64,000 nucleotides of DNA from a virus. Its lineage: Duplodnaviria; Caudoviricetes. The notes under the pieces were generated by a model. It was not told the DNA's origin and ran no database searches. It saw only the letters and a list, made by a program, of their open reading frames with translations. Positions 49,303 to 59,340 of the stretch are shown here, in pieces (the first letter of the stretch is position 1; the number at the start of each line of letters is the position of its first letter). Made by a program: the position numbers and the translations under genes. The stretch is from the IMG/VR virus record IMGVR_UViG_2728369355_000004; one strand, given 5' to 3'.

Positions 49303-49625
49303 TGTTGTTCCTCCCCAGGTTCATATTTACCGAAAGCAACATCAGCAAGAAATTTATTTGGCCTACGGTCGTGCTTTTCCTGAATCAATTTGTACAACTG
49401 CACACAAGAAGGGCAAAATTCAAATCCCGTGTAATTCGTAGCGCATTCCTTGCACATTCCGTTGTTACAAGTCTGATGCTGCCCTCCGATCATGCGACCT
49501 CTTTCATCTTTCATGCTGGTCCAACTGTACCCAATGACGAAATCGCATAGCTGGGTAGACTCTCTTTTTTTACAGAATGAACATGGATACTTTGGCATTT
49601 TAAATACTTCCGGCATACCATTCAT
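49299..49625 (-). CDS. Cys-rich hypothetical phage protein
   Basis: CxxC pairs; RBS GGGAGG. Confidence 0.7.
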   Translation of the reverse strand: MNGMPEVFKMPKYPCSFCKKRESTQLCDFVIGYSWTSMKDERGRMIGGQHQTCNNGMCKECATNYTGFEFCPSCVQLYKLIQEKHDRRPNKFLADVAFGKYEPGEEQQ

Positions 49626-49682
49626 CCTCCCTTAGTGGGTACCCAAACCATAAGGCATGAGTACCCATGTATGATGTTTTGG

Positions 49683-49979
49683 TTACATTCCCGATGTGAA
49701 TGCCAACAGCGGTTCCCCTAGCCAACGATTATTAACGATCTCTCGGACTGTTATCATCCCAACCTTGTCTTCATCCTCATAAACCTGAAGATTCATACTG
49801 ACAATTTCTACTTCTTCATCTGGGTAAAGGTCGCTGTCCTCCAGCCCGGTTAAACTCTTGTACCACTCTTTGGCTTCCTCCAACGAATAGGCGGCTACAG
49901 CGTCGCATTCGCATATCTGGTACACACGAACATCCACAAGACCCTTTGTTTCCGCTATCTGCAATTCATTCATTCTCAT
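49683..49979 (-). CDS. Hypothetical phage protein
   Basis: RBS GGGAGG; VAAYSLEEAKEWY. Confidence 0.7.
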   Translation of the reverse strand: MRMNELQIAETKGLVDVRVYQICECDAVAAYSLEEAKEWYKSLTGLEDSDLYPDEEVEIVSMNLQVYEDEDKVGMITVREIVNNRWLGEPLLAFTSGM

Positions 49980-50145
49980 TCATCCTCCCTTAGTGGGTGT
50001 AGGTCCTACACCCTGTATTGGTTTAATCATCATAAGTGTTGAGTTAAAACTTCGGATCTCATATTGTCTACTACAACTTCATTTAACATATTGTTCACCT
50101 CAATTAAATCTGGTAAAATTAAATTCAAAAAATTAGGAGAAAAAT

Positions 50146-50346
50146 ATGAACCTTTTAACAGTACTTCTTATGTGTATTCCGCTTTATGCTGCATTCAGAG
50201 CTTTTATAATCACTCGTGATCCAGAAGCAAAAAAAAGAATTCCAAAAACGACACTAAAAGCTCTAACTTTTTTTGCTTATTTTATATTTATCGTTTTGGG
50301 ATTTTTTATAATTACAGAAGGTATAGAATACCTCTCTCAGTTATAA
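50146..50346 (+). CDS. Small 2-TM membrane moron
   Basis: RBS AGGAG; opposite strand, AT-rich. Confidence 0.65.
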   Translation: MNLLTVLLMCIPLYAAFRAFIITRDPEAKKRIPKTTLKALTFFAYFIFIVLGFFIITEGIEYLSQL

Positions 50347-50432
50347 TTGAATTGGTAGTTGCAAGTAGTTTTATAAATCTGAAGGGATTTAGAGTACGGG
50401 GTAAAGGCTGTTATGCCTCAACCCTCTTTGAT

Positions 50433-50618
50433 TTATCTAATATCTATGTCAATCAGCTCTAATCCCCCTAATTCCTCTATTTCTTGTGGGCTTAGGCTCA
50501 TTTTGGGCTTTTCAGACCGAATCTGCGCTCCAATCTCACGTATGCTATTCCCTTCGTATTCTCCTAGATATACCAACTGTCTCACCGCTACTGTTCCATA
50601 CGCTTTGTATTTCCTCAT
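50433..50618 (-). CDS. Hypothetical phage protein
   Basis: RBS AAAGGAGAG. Confidence 0.6.
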   Translation of the reverse strand: MRKYKAYGTVAVRQLVYLGEYEGNSIREIGAQIRSEKPKMSLSPQEIEELGGLELIDIDIR

Positions 50619-50647
50619 TGTTTATCTCTCCTTTATAGGTAGTAGGC

Positions 50648-50863
50648 TTAGGTCTCTTCCTCGTAATCATCTTCATAAGACTCAATATGCTGCACATCAT
50701 CACCTTCTGAGGTTCCCATAAATTCGCCATTGATATAGTAGGTATAGGCTGTATATGGTTGCGTCTGAACGCAATCAGTGCAGTATACTTTGCCGTCAAC
50801 GACGAAATGCTCTGTATCTGGCTGGATTTCATTAGGGCAGTTACTACAGACCCGCTTACTCAC
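50648..50863 (-). CDS. Zn-finger-like small protein
   Basis: CSNC..YCTDC; RBS AAAGGAGAG. Confidence 0.65.
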   Translation of the reverse strand: MSKRVCSNCPNEIQPDTEHFVVDGKVYCTDCVQTQPYTAYTYYINGEFMGTSEGDDVQHIESYEDDYEEET

Positions 50864-50892
50864 GTTATCTCTCCTTTGATATAGGGGATGCC

Positions 50893-51645
50893 CTAAAATA
50901 GTGTTAATTGCATATTCTCAATGCGCTGTATACCAGCTTCAGCAAAATCTTTGTCTCGTTCGATAACAATGTATTTACGGTTGGTACGGATAGCTGCTGC
51001 AGCCGTGACGCAGCTCCCACCGCAATTGTCCAGCACCGTTTCACCTTCATTCGTGTAGGTGCGTATAAGGTATTCACACAGCTCCACGGGCTTCTGATTG
51101 GGGTGTATTCGCTCCGGGTCGTCATTGTTAACGACTGGGAAATACAGCACGCTCCGGGGCAATCTGTCAGTCTGACCAGCTTCATTTGTCCAAGGTGTTC
51201 CGGAACCATACACAGTTGATTTATGGTTATTTGTCGCCTTGTTCATCGGCTTGTGGCCTTGTGTCATTTGCGGGTTATAAGTAGGAGGCCGCTTATAAAA
51301 CACCAAGATATTTTCATGAGCCTGCAGCGGCATGCTTGCCGAGTTCAAATGCCCGGTCGCCTTATTTTTCTCCCAGATCCACTCATATCTGAATAGCTTG
51401 AGATTGCTGGCTGCCAACGTCTTATCAAATGGTGCCTTGGCGAACAGGACAATCGCTCCGTTATCCTTTATGATCCGTTCGTAATGCCGCCATAGAGGGG
51501 CAAACGGCAGGACTGCATCCCACGGGCTTTTTGTTGTGCCGAACGGTAGATCACACAGGATCATGTTCACGCTACCTGAAGGTATGCTTGGGAATACATC
51601 GAAGCAGTTGGCGTTTATTATTTGATTTAACATTGGTTCAGACAT
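50893..51645 (-). CDS. DNA methyltransferase (N4C/N6A, beta class)
   Basis: ILCDLPFG, YEWIWEK, HENILVFY, HPNQKP, VLDNCGGS. Confidence 0.88.
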   Translation of the reverse strand: MSEPMLNQIINANCFDVFPSIPSGSVNMILCDLPFGTTKSPWDAVLPFAPLWRHYERIIKDNGAIVLFAKAPFDKTLAASNLKLFRYEWIWEKNKATGHLNSASMPLQAHENILVFYKRPPTYNPQMTQGHKPMNKATNNHKSTVYGSGTPWTNEAGQTDRLPRSVLYFPVVNNDDPERIHPNQKPVELCEYLIRTYTNEGETVLDNCGGSCVTAAAAIRTNRKYIVIERDKDFAEAGIQRIENMQLTLF

Positions 51646-51808
51646 CCTCGGCTTCCCAATGTTCAACATAATCAAACGATTCCTCCGTTTCATACCGCCC
51701 TTGGTAATCCCACGTGAAGGTTCCCTTATTAAAATCAATTGATGTTACCTGTACTGGCTCCGACTGGTTGATAAGTTTTGCCTTTAGCGATTCGATATTT
51801 ATTTTCAT
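51638..51808 (-). CDS. 56-aa hypothetical protein (below ORF-track cutoff)
   Basis: MKINIESLKAKL..HWEAEDV*; RBS AAGGAGGG. Confidence 0.6.
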   Translation of the reverse strand: MKINIESLKAKLINQSEPVQVTSIDFNKGTFTWDYQGRYETEESFDYVEHWEAEDV

Positions 51809-51850
51809 TGTGCTGTTCCCTCCTTCTTATCCCCTATGGGGCTATACTGT

Positions 51851-52534
51851 TTAATCCTCGAAACGTTCTCCATAACCATAAGATGGAGCCGGCTTACTAA
51901 AATTGTTCAAGGCATCAGATATCATATTTGTAAAAACAAGCATTTCTTTATCATCCATCGCTTCCAACAAACGCACTTCCCTAGCTTTCAAAGTTCGTCC
52001 TGCCGCTGAAGTAATCAGTTCAATGACTGGCTTTATGCTCTCCAAGCGTTCATTTTTATCGAATTCCACACGCTGCCGCGCCGCCAGTTTACGGTTGTGC
52101 TCTTCCCAATCCTGTTCATCGAACCAAAAGTAATCGCCGTATTTATCACGGAATGCCGATATCCAAAATTGAAGGAGTTCTTCATTTATTTGTATCCGAT
52201 CATGGCAAGGCCAGCAGAGTCGTAGTCCGTTCGTCTTTACGCCACGTCCTTTCCTGCCGCGTGGGTAAACGTGATGAGTAGTTGTAGCTTCGGCAGCTTT
52301 ACAGCATTCGCAGATTCCGTTTGAATCAGCAATCAGTTCCGCTATTACATCCTTCGGGAATTCTCCACGCTCCTTGGTATTAGGCCGTGACTGGTGGTGA
52401 GAGAGAATATCTTTCTTCCATTCAGGAACAGGTTTTTTATCCTTTTTCCGTTGTCCAAGGCTGCTGTAAGCCTTCTTTTGCTTGGGCTTTTTCTCCGGCT
52501 TCCAAAATGTTTGATGGGACATTCCCCTCGCCAC
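51851..52534 (-). CDS. HNH-like endonuclease domain protein
   Basis: CECC..HHVYPR..NGLRLCWPCH. Confidence 0.75.
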   Translation of the reverse strand: MARGMSHQTFWKPEKKPKQKKAYSSLGQRKKDKKPVPEWKKDILSHHQSRPNTKERGEFPKDVIAELIADSNGICECCKAAEATTTHHVYPRGRKGRGVKTNGLRLCWPCHDRIQINEELLQFWISAFRDKYGDYFWFDEQDWEEHNRKLAARQRVEFDKNERLESIKPVIELITSAAGRTLKAREVRLLEAMDDKEMLVFTNMISDALNNFSKPAPSYGYGERFED

Positions 52535-52594
52535 CTTTCCGACAATTTAAATTCGTTTTTCCTTTGCTTATGCTTATATTTTGAGCCTAAACCA

Positions 52595-52783
52595 CTACGG
52601 CTCCACTACGGATTTTAGAGGTTTGAGCAACCCCACTTCCTCTAAAACGGAATAATGTTTATACCTTTCTTCCGTTGTTACACGCACTTTATTTATCGTA
52701 TGTGATGCGTAGAAAGCTACAGCCTGCTGGACCTCAACAGGCTCATCTTCGAGCTTGTTTAAATCGAGCTTTTTCACAAGCAT
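52595..52783 (-). CDS. Hypothetical phage protein
   Basis: RBS GGGAGG. Confidence 0.6.
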   Translation of the reverse strand: MLVKKLDLNKLEDEPVEVQQAVAFYASHTINKVRVTTEERYKHYSVLEEVGLLKPLKSVVEP

Positions 52784-52962
52784 CCCTCCCTTATGCGCCG
52801 ATTATATTTTTCTTGAAAATCACCCTTTATTTTAGGCGGTAAGGTATCAATTACCTCATTCCATATGTTTAATAATTCGCTGTTAAGCGAAGCGAACTTT
52901 TGTATATTCACGTAACGTTCCACCAATGCTGTAGTGAACTCATCCATTTCTTGTTCTGTCAT
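52774..52962 (-). CDS. Hypothetical phage protein
   Basis: ATG 52962 after GGAGG (MTEQEMDEF). Confidence 0.6.
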   Translation of the reverse strand: MTEQEMDEFTTALVERYVNIQKFASLNSELLNIWNEVIDTLPPKIKGDFQEKYNRRIREGCL

Positions 52963-53028
52963 ACACCATGCCTCCATTACGTTTTTTGGTTCCAGTACAA
53001 TGTTGCTCGTTCGGATACAATGTAGAGC

Positions 53029-53046
53029 GTAGGAAAAGTTTCCTGA
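53029..53046. repeat. Dispersed palindrome copy 5
   Basis: GTAGGAAAAGTTTCCTGA. Confidence 0.8.
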
Positions 53047-53111
53047 GTTGATCATTTGGCTTGTATCAATCTCGCCTGAGAATCTCGCAATGCTGTGGAC
53101 TTGATACGTTA

Positions 53112-53212
53112 TTCTGTATCGTATATCGAATTGTAGTTCTTGACCTAATAATATACGATATCGAATATAGAGTCAATGCATGTTGCTAATAAATATTCGG
53201 TATCGTATAATT
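53112..53212. promoter_or_regulatory. Putative operators of the adjacent HTH regulator
   Basis: Related imperfect palindromes ATCGTATATCGAAT, ATACGATATCGAAT, ATTCGGTATCGTAT between divergent genes. Confidence 0.55.
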
Positions 53213-53232
53213 CGACTGAGAGGTGAATTGCA

Positions 53233-53442
53233 TTGCTTAAAGTGAAACCGAATTTGACGCCTTTGTTAAAAAAGAAAGGTATCATTCAAATGGAATTGTC
53301 TGAAATGACTGGAATTCCACAAGGTTCAATTAGTAGATTTGATAAAAATAGTCGCCATGAAGCCTGGCATTTATTTGCTATCGCTAAAGCGCTAGATGTT
53401 ACCATTGAAGATTTGTTTATTACTGAGGAGCAAGAGGATTAA
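53233..53442 (+). CDS. XRE HTH regulator
   Basis: QMELSEMTGIPQGSISRF..IAKALDVTIEDLF. Confidence 0.85.
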   Translation: MLKVKPNLTPLLKKKGIIQMELSEMTGIPQGSISRFDKNSRHEAWHLFAIAKALDVTIEDLFITEEQED

Positions 53443-53473
53443 TTAAGAACCCTCTATGCTCCTTTTGTTTTGC

Positions 53474-53701
53474 CTAAATCGGATTAAGAAGTCTTTCAAG
53501 CCGTATAACCTCTTTCTGAAGGTACTAAATTAAATCAGCTGCCTCCTCCAGCGCCATGAGCTTCCAGTCATAGGACATATCTGGTACCTGGTCTATGGTG
53601 GTTCCATACTTCTTGAGGCCTTTCTCATTTTGTTTGTCCAGCAATTCTATGATCCGTCGTGTTACTTCTGGACGTTCAATTTCATTTTGAGAGTGCTTCA
53701 T
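53474..53701 (-). pseudogene. MazG-like small protein with in-frame TAG
   Basis: ..KGLKKYGTT..ALEEAADLI*YLQKEV..; stop at 53525-53527. Confidence 0.55.
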
Positions 53702-54012
53702 TTAATCGCCTCCTCCGTCTCCGGTAGAATAAGCATATCTCCGTCATACTTCAACTCCGCCTGATTAGGGTCAATCACTGGTCCCCAATGGTTATTAGCC
53801 TGCATGATGTGGACTATATCAGCCGCATATGTTTCGTCGATGTTAACTACCAGATAGGTATTTAAAGCTGGCTTTCCATTCAGATGTCGCAACTCTTGGA
53901 TCTTCCAAAGAATGCGGGACAACTCACTTTTATCCCGATCATCAAGGTATTTCTCAGCATCCTCATTTTTGATTACGGTGAATCTGACTTTTATTCCGGC
54001 CAGTTCTGACAT
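53698..54012 (-). CDS. Hypothetical phage protein
   Basis: KNED..YL and N.YLVVNIDE.YA motifs. Confidence 0.7.
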   Translation of the reverse strand: MSELAGIKVRFTVIKNEDAEKYLDDRDKSELSRILWKIQELRHLNGKPALNTYLVVNIDETYAADIVHIMQANNHWGPVIDPNQAELKYDGDMLILPETEEAIK

Positions 54013-54481
54013 TTTTAATCTCTCCTTCGGCTCGTTTTACTAATTTATTGATTGCTCGCTTTCGATCTGCCCGTTCTTTCTTGGCCTGCTGTGTAGGGAT
54101 AAATTCGCCACGCCGCTTTACAAGTATTTCAATTGGTAAAGTCGGGTATTTTAGTAGGAAAAGCTTCAGCTTCACTCTAAAGGTAGCCGTTTCAACTCCC
54201 TTTATGTCAATTACTCGCTGGCTTCCGTCAAGATCAGTAACAAGGAAATCTGCAATGTAGGTCACCTTCGGGCTTTCCTGTAAGACGTATTTGGGCTGAC
54301 AGACAAAATCCTTTATTTCCCCCAGCTGCTTCTGCAAGAGCAATTCCTGATAGTACTCACCTTCCATTTTGCTGTCGAAGCGAATACCAGTTACATCAAG
54401 GTTATATTTCTTTACCAACCATTCCTCGAATAGTGTTCCATCGGCTGTAACAATCACTTTTTTGGCATTGTATTTACTCAT
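53963..54481 (-). CDS. DUF1064-family PD-(D/E)XK nuclease
   Basis: SKYNAKK, FDSKMEG.YY, YIADF, VIDIKG. Confidence 0.85.
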   Translation of the reverse strand: MSKYNAKKVIVTADGTLFEEWLVKKYNLDVTGIRFDSKMEGEYYQELLLQKQLGEIKDFVCQPKYVLQESPKVTYIADFLVTDLDGSQRVIDIKGVETATFRVKLKLFLLKYPTLPIEILVKRRGEFIPTQQAKKERADRKRAINKLVKRAEGEIKNVRTGRNKSQIHRNQK

Positions 54482-55600
54482 CTATCCAGCCACCCTATAA
54501 GGGAGTACAATGTAGAAACTAGACTCGTCACTCCGAAGAGTGAGAGGTTTTAAAGAACCAGTGTACCCGAGTGTAATTACATCGTTTTCTAAGACCTTCA
54601 ATGCATCCAACACATATTTTGCATTCAACGTCAGGTTGAAATTTTCTCCGTTGAAACTGATTGGTGTTATGCTTTCTGTTGCCTTGCCCGTTTCCTTCCC
54701 CTTACCTCGAATGTTAATTTCTTTTTCTGAAACAGAGAATGTGACAGCGTTATTTTTTTCCTCTTTCGCCAGAGTGAAAATAAGCTCCAATGATTCGATC
54801 AGTTCTTTTCGGTTAACAGTTATTTCGGTAACTAATTTAATAGCCATAGCATGGGTTGTATCAGGATAAATACCTTCTAGGACACGAGAATAAAATATAA
54901 ATCTTTCTGTTCGTGCGAACGCATATATCACTTCTCCGCTAGTAGACTTGGAAAAACCGAATTCTACCTCATCGTTGTCATTTACGATCTTCTGTAACTC
55001 AATTATTCCTCTAGCTTCAATAACAGCCGTGCCGATATTTCCAATATCAAATTCTCTCTCAGCATGGGCCAGTCGGTGTCGGTTCGTTGCCACCATCTGA
55101 ATTTTCCCGGTCTGAAGAATAACGTTTACCCCTGTAATGATAGGCAATGATTTTCCGTCTATATCTGCCGCGAAAACTGTCTTTTTGATTAGATTTTTTA
55201 AGTCTTTTCCCTTAATCTCAACAAACTCATTTTCATTTATCTCTGGAGGAGCAGGATATTCTTCTGGAGGCATTCCAGTAATCTCAATCTCCTTATTCCG
55301 TGACTTTATGGTGACTTGATCCCCATTTTTAACTTGCAGTTCTATTTTCCCATTGATCTTCTGGAGAATATCCAATAGAACTTTGGGCAGTGCCGCGGAA
55401 CCAGTCTCTTTGATGTCTATGTTTTCCTCGACAAATGATTGGATAGTTGCTCGGTCATCGGTACCAGTAACGGTTACCCTGTCCTCCGTTGCTTCGATCA
55501 AAAAGCAACTCAATATGGGGATTATTACTTTTGTTGAAATTGCCTTGCTGGCATCTTCTAAAGCCTCAGCTAATAGAGAACTGTCCACTACTATATTCAT
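54482..55600 (-). CDS. dnaN: DNA polymerase III beta sliding clamp (phage copy)
   Basis: IPILSC, ATNRHRLA, SRVLEG.YPD, NAKYVLDAL, VLP.R. Confidence 0.88.
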   Translation of the reverse strand: MNIVVDSSLLAEALEDASKAISTKVIIPILSCFLIEATEDRVTVTGTDDRATIQSFVEENIDIKETGSAALPKVLLDILQKINGKIELQVKNGDQVTIKSRNKEIEITGMPPEEYPAPPEINENEFVEIKGKDLKNLIKKTVFAADIDGKSLPIITGVNVILQTGKIQMVATNRHRLAHAEREFDIGNIGTAVIEARGIIELQKIVNDNDEVEFGFSKSTSGEVIYAFARTERFIFYSRVLEGIYPDTTHAMAIKLVTEITVNRKELIESLELIFTLAKEEKNNAVTFSVSEKEINIRGKGKETGKATESITPISFNGENFNLTLNAKYVLDALKVLENDVITLGYTGSLKPLTLRSDESSFYIVLPYRVAG

Positions 55601-55716
55601 AAGGTTTGATCTCCTTTTTCGCATTAGGATTGCACTCTGGGCAAGGTCCCAGCATTACGATGGAGCCTTTGAACTGATAAGCCACCTTACTGCCGCTGCA
55701 AGTGCTACACATACCC

Positions 55717-56673
55717 TTAATCCCTCCGTCTATTTCTACCACCCACCGGCAGTATCTTTACAAATGGTTCTATTCGCTCAAAGATCCGGGCCGCTTTTTT
55801 GTCATTCTGTTTCTGTTCGCTCGGCTTGCTGTCTTTCACATTCGCCAAGTGCTGTTTTAACTCAATCATAGTTAGGTTTGACGTATAGATCGTCGGTAAC
55901 CTCTCCATGCGCCGCTGGAGTATAGGCCCCAACACTTCATCCCTCGTCCATGTGGTAAGCGTTTCAGCTCCAATGTCGTCAAGTATGAGTACAGGCGCCG
56001 TTCTGAGAGCATCCAGTTTGCTCTCCACCGTTTCCGTCTTGGAACCGATAGCGTCCTTGACCTCTAGCAAAAAGTCGGGCACATAGACCATGAGTACATC
56101 TACATCACATTTTGCAAGCTCTTGAACAATTGCTCCGGCAATCCTGCTCTTGCCCACACCCATTTGCCCATAAAGATATAATCCTTCAACCGTTTCACCT
56201 GGAACGAACGTGCTACAGAATATTACTGCTGCCGTGATCGCAGCCAGCCTCTGCGGATCTGGCTCTATGTCATCAAAGGTAGCCTCCAGTATGTGTGATG
56301 GTATATAGTGGCTCTTGATCCTCTGTCCGATTCCCTGCTGCTTCTCATACTGCTTCAGCAAATCGCATTTCCGAAACCGGAATACCAGCTCGTCCGATTG
56401 GGTTGGACTCGGTTCCTCAACGCTCATGTGCCCCTTCTGTTCGTTTTGACATGCTTTTAAGCCGGGGCAAGCGTCGCATGCATCGCAGTATGAAAGATGC
56501 TGTGATACATCCCTGTAGTGCCTTGGACTTGTTAAATCTGCTGTCCGATCAGGGTATTTCTGTTTTAGTCGTTGGATCTCAGGGTGGTTCTCTATGTGCT
56601 GAATGGCAGCAGCTTGGCGTTCGTGAAATCGTGAAGGTACTAAAGCCTTTAATTCTTCTTGGAAGCTTCCCAC
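55717..56673 (-). CDS. dnaI: DnaI-like helicase loader
   Basis: Zn-binding N-terminus; GLYLYGQMGVGKS, LILDDIGAE..W.RDEVL, PTIYTSN. Confidence 0.88.
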   Translation of the reverse strand: MGSFQEELKALVPSRFHERQAAAIQHIENHPEIQRLKQKYPDRTADLTSPRHYRDVSQHLSYCDACDACPGLKACQNEQKGHMSVEEPSPTQSDELVFRFRKCDLLKQYEKQQGIGQRIKSHYIPSHILEATFDDIEPDPQRLAAITAAVIFCSTFVPGETVEGLYLYGQMGVGKSRIAGAIVQELAKCDVDVLMVYVPDFLLEVKDAIGSKTETVESKLDALRTAPVLILDDIGAETLTTWTRDEVLGPILQRRMERLPTIYTSNLTMIELKQHLANVKDSKPSEQKQNDKKAARIFERIEPFVKILPVGGRNRRRD

Positions 56674-56677
56674 ATTA

Positions 56678-57733
56678 TCAGCCTCCCTGCTTTGCTCTTA
56701 ACTTAGCCAGCATTTTTTGTAAATCATCCGTGTTGTATTGCTCGTCCGATTGAAGCACAGAATCACTTTCCTGTTCACACTCAACTGTGACAGCGCTTTG
56801 ATCAGCAGTTTGATGAAATGCATGCAGTGAATAAATGACCGTAGCACAGTAGCTTACACTTCTAATCTCGTCGCGCTTATGCTTGGGTTTGAAATTGTCA
56901 AATGCCTGGTCAATGCCATCTAAAACAGTTTGAAGTGGTACACCTTCTTTGATTAGCTCGTCGATCGTTTGATCATCAGCAATCGTTATTTCTAGGCCCT
57001 TCCCACGACGACGAAGATATTTATCAGCTACAGCCTGCCGATAATCAATATCCGAAGATGATATTTCATTCTGTTCAGAGTCAGTATCTGTTTCAGAAGT
57101 GGCAGGAACGGTACCTTGCCGGGAAGACGGTATCCCCTCATCTTTGGAATTGATTTCATTATCAGACGTTAAACAACAACTACTGTCTTTAATATTGTCT
57201 TTAAACATGTCTTTAGGAGTGCCTTCGTCCTTACTCCCACAAGGGTTTTCATCCTCTTTGACTTCCACTTTTCGTAAGTCGCCACTTACACTTTTCGTAA
57301 CTCCTGACTTACACTTTTCGTAACTTTTCACTTCATCACCCGCCTGTTTACTTACACTTTTCGTAACTTTATATACAGCAAGATTTATTGAAATAAGTTC
57401 TTTGAATTTTTCCTCGTTCCATTCTTTAACGAGACTTACACGCCATTCATCATAATTTTTATTTAAAGAATAAATTTGCTTGCCATCCCACTCTATTACT
57501 TTGCACTGCTTCAGATAGGTAATTTCCTTCTTAGCATCCTGTATACGTACACCACACAGCTCAAAATTAGTTAGTAGAGGGATTGTTGCACTTTTCTTCT
57601 GGCATCCGTAGGAAAGCCGCAAAATGAGTTTTAATATCTTTTGCTGCCTCTCAGTAAACTTCCGGCTTATGATCTCATCCCAAATGCTGTTGGCTATTCC
57701 TATGAACCCGTCTTTTAATTGGGGACTTACCAC
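56678..57733 (-). CDS. Phage replication initiator (lambda O-like N-terminus)
   Basis: PQL.DGF..IAN, ILRLSYG, NKNYDEW; contains iterons. Confidence 0.85.
   Translation of the reverse strand: MVSPQLKDGFIGIANSIWDEIISRKFTERQQKILKLILRLSYGCQKKSATIPLLTNFELCGVRIQDAKKEITYLKQCKVIEWDGKQIYSLNKNYDEWRVSLVKEWNEEKFKELISINLAVYKVTKSVSKQAGDEVKSYEKCKSGVTKSVSGDLRKVEVKEDENPCGSKDEGTPKDMFKDNIKDSSCCLTSDNEINSKDEGIPSSRQGTVPATSETDTDSEQNEISSSDIDYRQAVADKYLRRRGKGLEITIADDQTIDELIKEGVPLQTVLDGIDQAFDNFKPKHKRDEIRSVSYCATVIYSLHAFHQTADQSAVTVECEQESDSVLQSDEQYNTDDLQKMLAKLRAKQGG
57261..57368. repeat. Replication origin iterons
   Basis: ACTTACACTTTTCGTAACT at 57284, 57307, 57350 and a variant at 57261. Confidence 0.88.
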
Positions 57734-57760
57734 TCACCTCACCCCGGTACTTTCTGATTA

Positions 57761-58168
57761 CTATCTAGTTCCGCTGGCGTTGTTTCCAAACTCCGCTAGC
57801 AGAACCTTGAGGCTATATTTTAAAGAGTTTATTACCTGGTCATTACTTTCTACAGCATTACTCCAGCGGACCTTATCAGCTTCAGCATCTGCTTCTTGGT
57901 TGCGAAGTTTGATTACCGCCAACTCCGCTCGCTGCTCCCTAAGATTCTCTGCCGCAATATACGCTTCTGCATAAACACGCTTTCTCTCAGCATAGATCCG
58001 CTTATACTCTCTTACGGCATCAGCAGCCTTACGCCCCAAGATAACCTGGACTTCTGTCAACAATTCAATCTTACGAGCCAGGGTAGCAGGGTAATCATGG
58101 CTGCATTGATCCGCAAGACTATAAAGCTCTCCGAGCGTATATTGTTTTTGTAGAGACAATGCAGCCAC
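57761..58168 (-). CDS. Hypothetical coiled-coil phage protein
   Basis: ORF in early operon. Confidence 0.7.
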   Translation of the reverse strand: MAALSLQKQYTLGELYSLADQCSHDYPATLARKIELLTEVQVILGRKAADAVREYKRIYAERKRVYAEAYIAAENLREQRAELAVIKLRNQEADAEADKVRWSNAVESNDQVINSLKYSLKVLLAEFGNNASGTR

Positions 58169-58182
58169 TCCTTAACCCTCTA

Positions 58183-58881
58183 TTAATATTCTTCGCCGTA
58201 ATAAGTATCAACTTCGTCTTCATCCACGATAACCTTGGCTCCAGTCGCAAAAATTTGGAACATCAATTTTTCAAAATGGTAGAACGATGTCATAATATCT
58301 TTGTTATTGGAAAGGTTTTGACCATCAATTTTAGAGTCATAGACGTGTCCTTCTTTGTCCAAGTGGAGTTGATATTTGTATCTGTACTTTGATTTTTCAG
58401 AACCCCACGAATCTCTACTTTCGCTTTCTGGATCAAAATAGATGTGACGATACCCATCCTCCTCGCCTTCCAAAATGAAAGATATTTTTTCACCATCTCG
58501 TTCGTGGTCATCATTCTCATCTTTCTTCATTGCTTCAATCAATTCAGACAACTTGTATTCAGGTTTAATACCGACAAGCATTTGTTCCATGTTTTCTTTA
58601 ATTTTTTGCACACCTTGAATATGGAGAGCCGCATTCAGCTGAGATTTAACTTCATTCAAAACCATGAGGTTATATCCGCTTATACCCAGTTTTCTCATAT
58701 CGATTTGCAATTGCTCTTTTACATGATTTTCTAACTCTTTACGGAAATCTCCGTAACTGCCAAAGTAATCTTCTATCACTTTTTTGATAGTAGTCTCAAG
58801 TTGCTTTTTAATGACCTCCTCAACAAAACCGTCTTTTTGAATTGTTTGCATCGCATCATTTACTAAATTATTTAAGTTCAT
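58183..58881 (-). CDS. Hypothetical phage protein
   Basis: RBS AGGAG; 232 aa. Confidence 0.75.
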   Translation of the reverse strand: MNLNNLVNDAMQTIQKDGFVEEVIKKQLETTIKKVIEDYFGSYGDFRKELENHVKEQLQIDMRKLGISGYNLMVLNEVKSQLNAALHIQGVQKIKENMEQMLVGIKPEYKLSELIEAMKKDENDDHERDGEKISFILEGEEDGYRHIYFDPESESRDSWGSEKSKYRYKYQLHLDKEGHVYDSKIDGQNLSNNKDIMTSFYHFEKLMFQIFATGAKVIVDEDEVDTYYGEEY

Positions 58882-58941
58882 ATTATTACGCTCCTATTTT
58901 CAATTTTTAAATTACGTGATATACTGCCGTTGAAATGTTTA

Positions 58942-59340
58942 TTAAATGATCGTGTTGGTAGCACGATTGTTTGTCTGGGCTTCTCTGTCTTTTCTTTTGC
59001 GGTATAACTTACGGCAATAGTAATTACAGAAAAGTCCTTCTTCATTTGGAATGGGGTGTTTCTGACCTTCGAATATCTCTTTACCACAATGATCGCAGCA
59101 ACCTATTCCTTTACCGGATATCTTGTATCCTGATTTCTTAGGAGCCTCTAGCCCTTCATATTCTTCATTTTTAAATTCCTCAAGTTCACTTAATTCAGCA
59201 GTAAGCAAATCTATTTGAGCATGAATTTCGTCAGTCGATAATCCGAATTTGATAGCGTCAATGCTGTCTTCATATAACTCACGTAATTGCGCTGTAAGCA
59301 CTCTAGATCGTTTATGATCGTCCAACTCTCTCAGCTCCAT
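58942..59340 (-). CDS. Hypothetical protein with Zn-finger-like C-terminus
   Basis: CDHCG..FCNYYC. Confidence 0.65.
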   Translation of the reverse strand: MELRELDDHKRSRVLTAQLRELYEDSIDAIKFGLSTDEIHAQIDLLTAELSELEEFKNEEYEGLEAPKKSGYKISGKGIGCCDHCGKEIFEGQKHPIPNEEGLFCNYYCRKLYRKRKDREAQTNNRATNTII

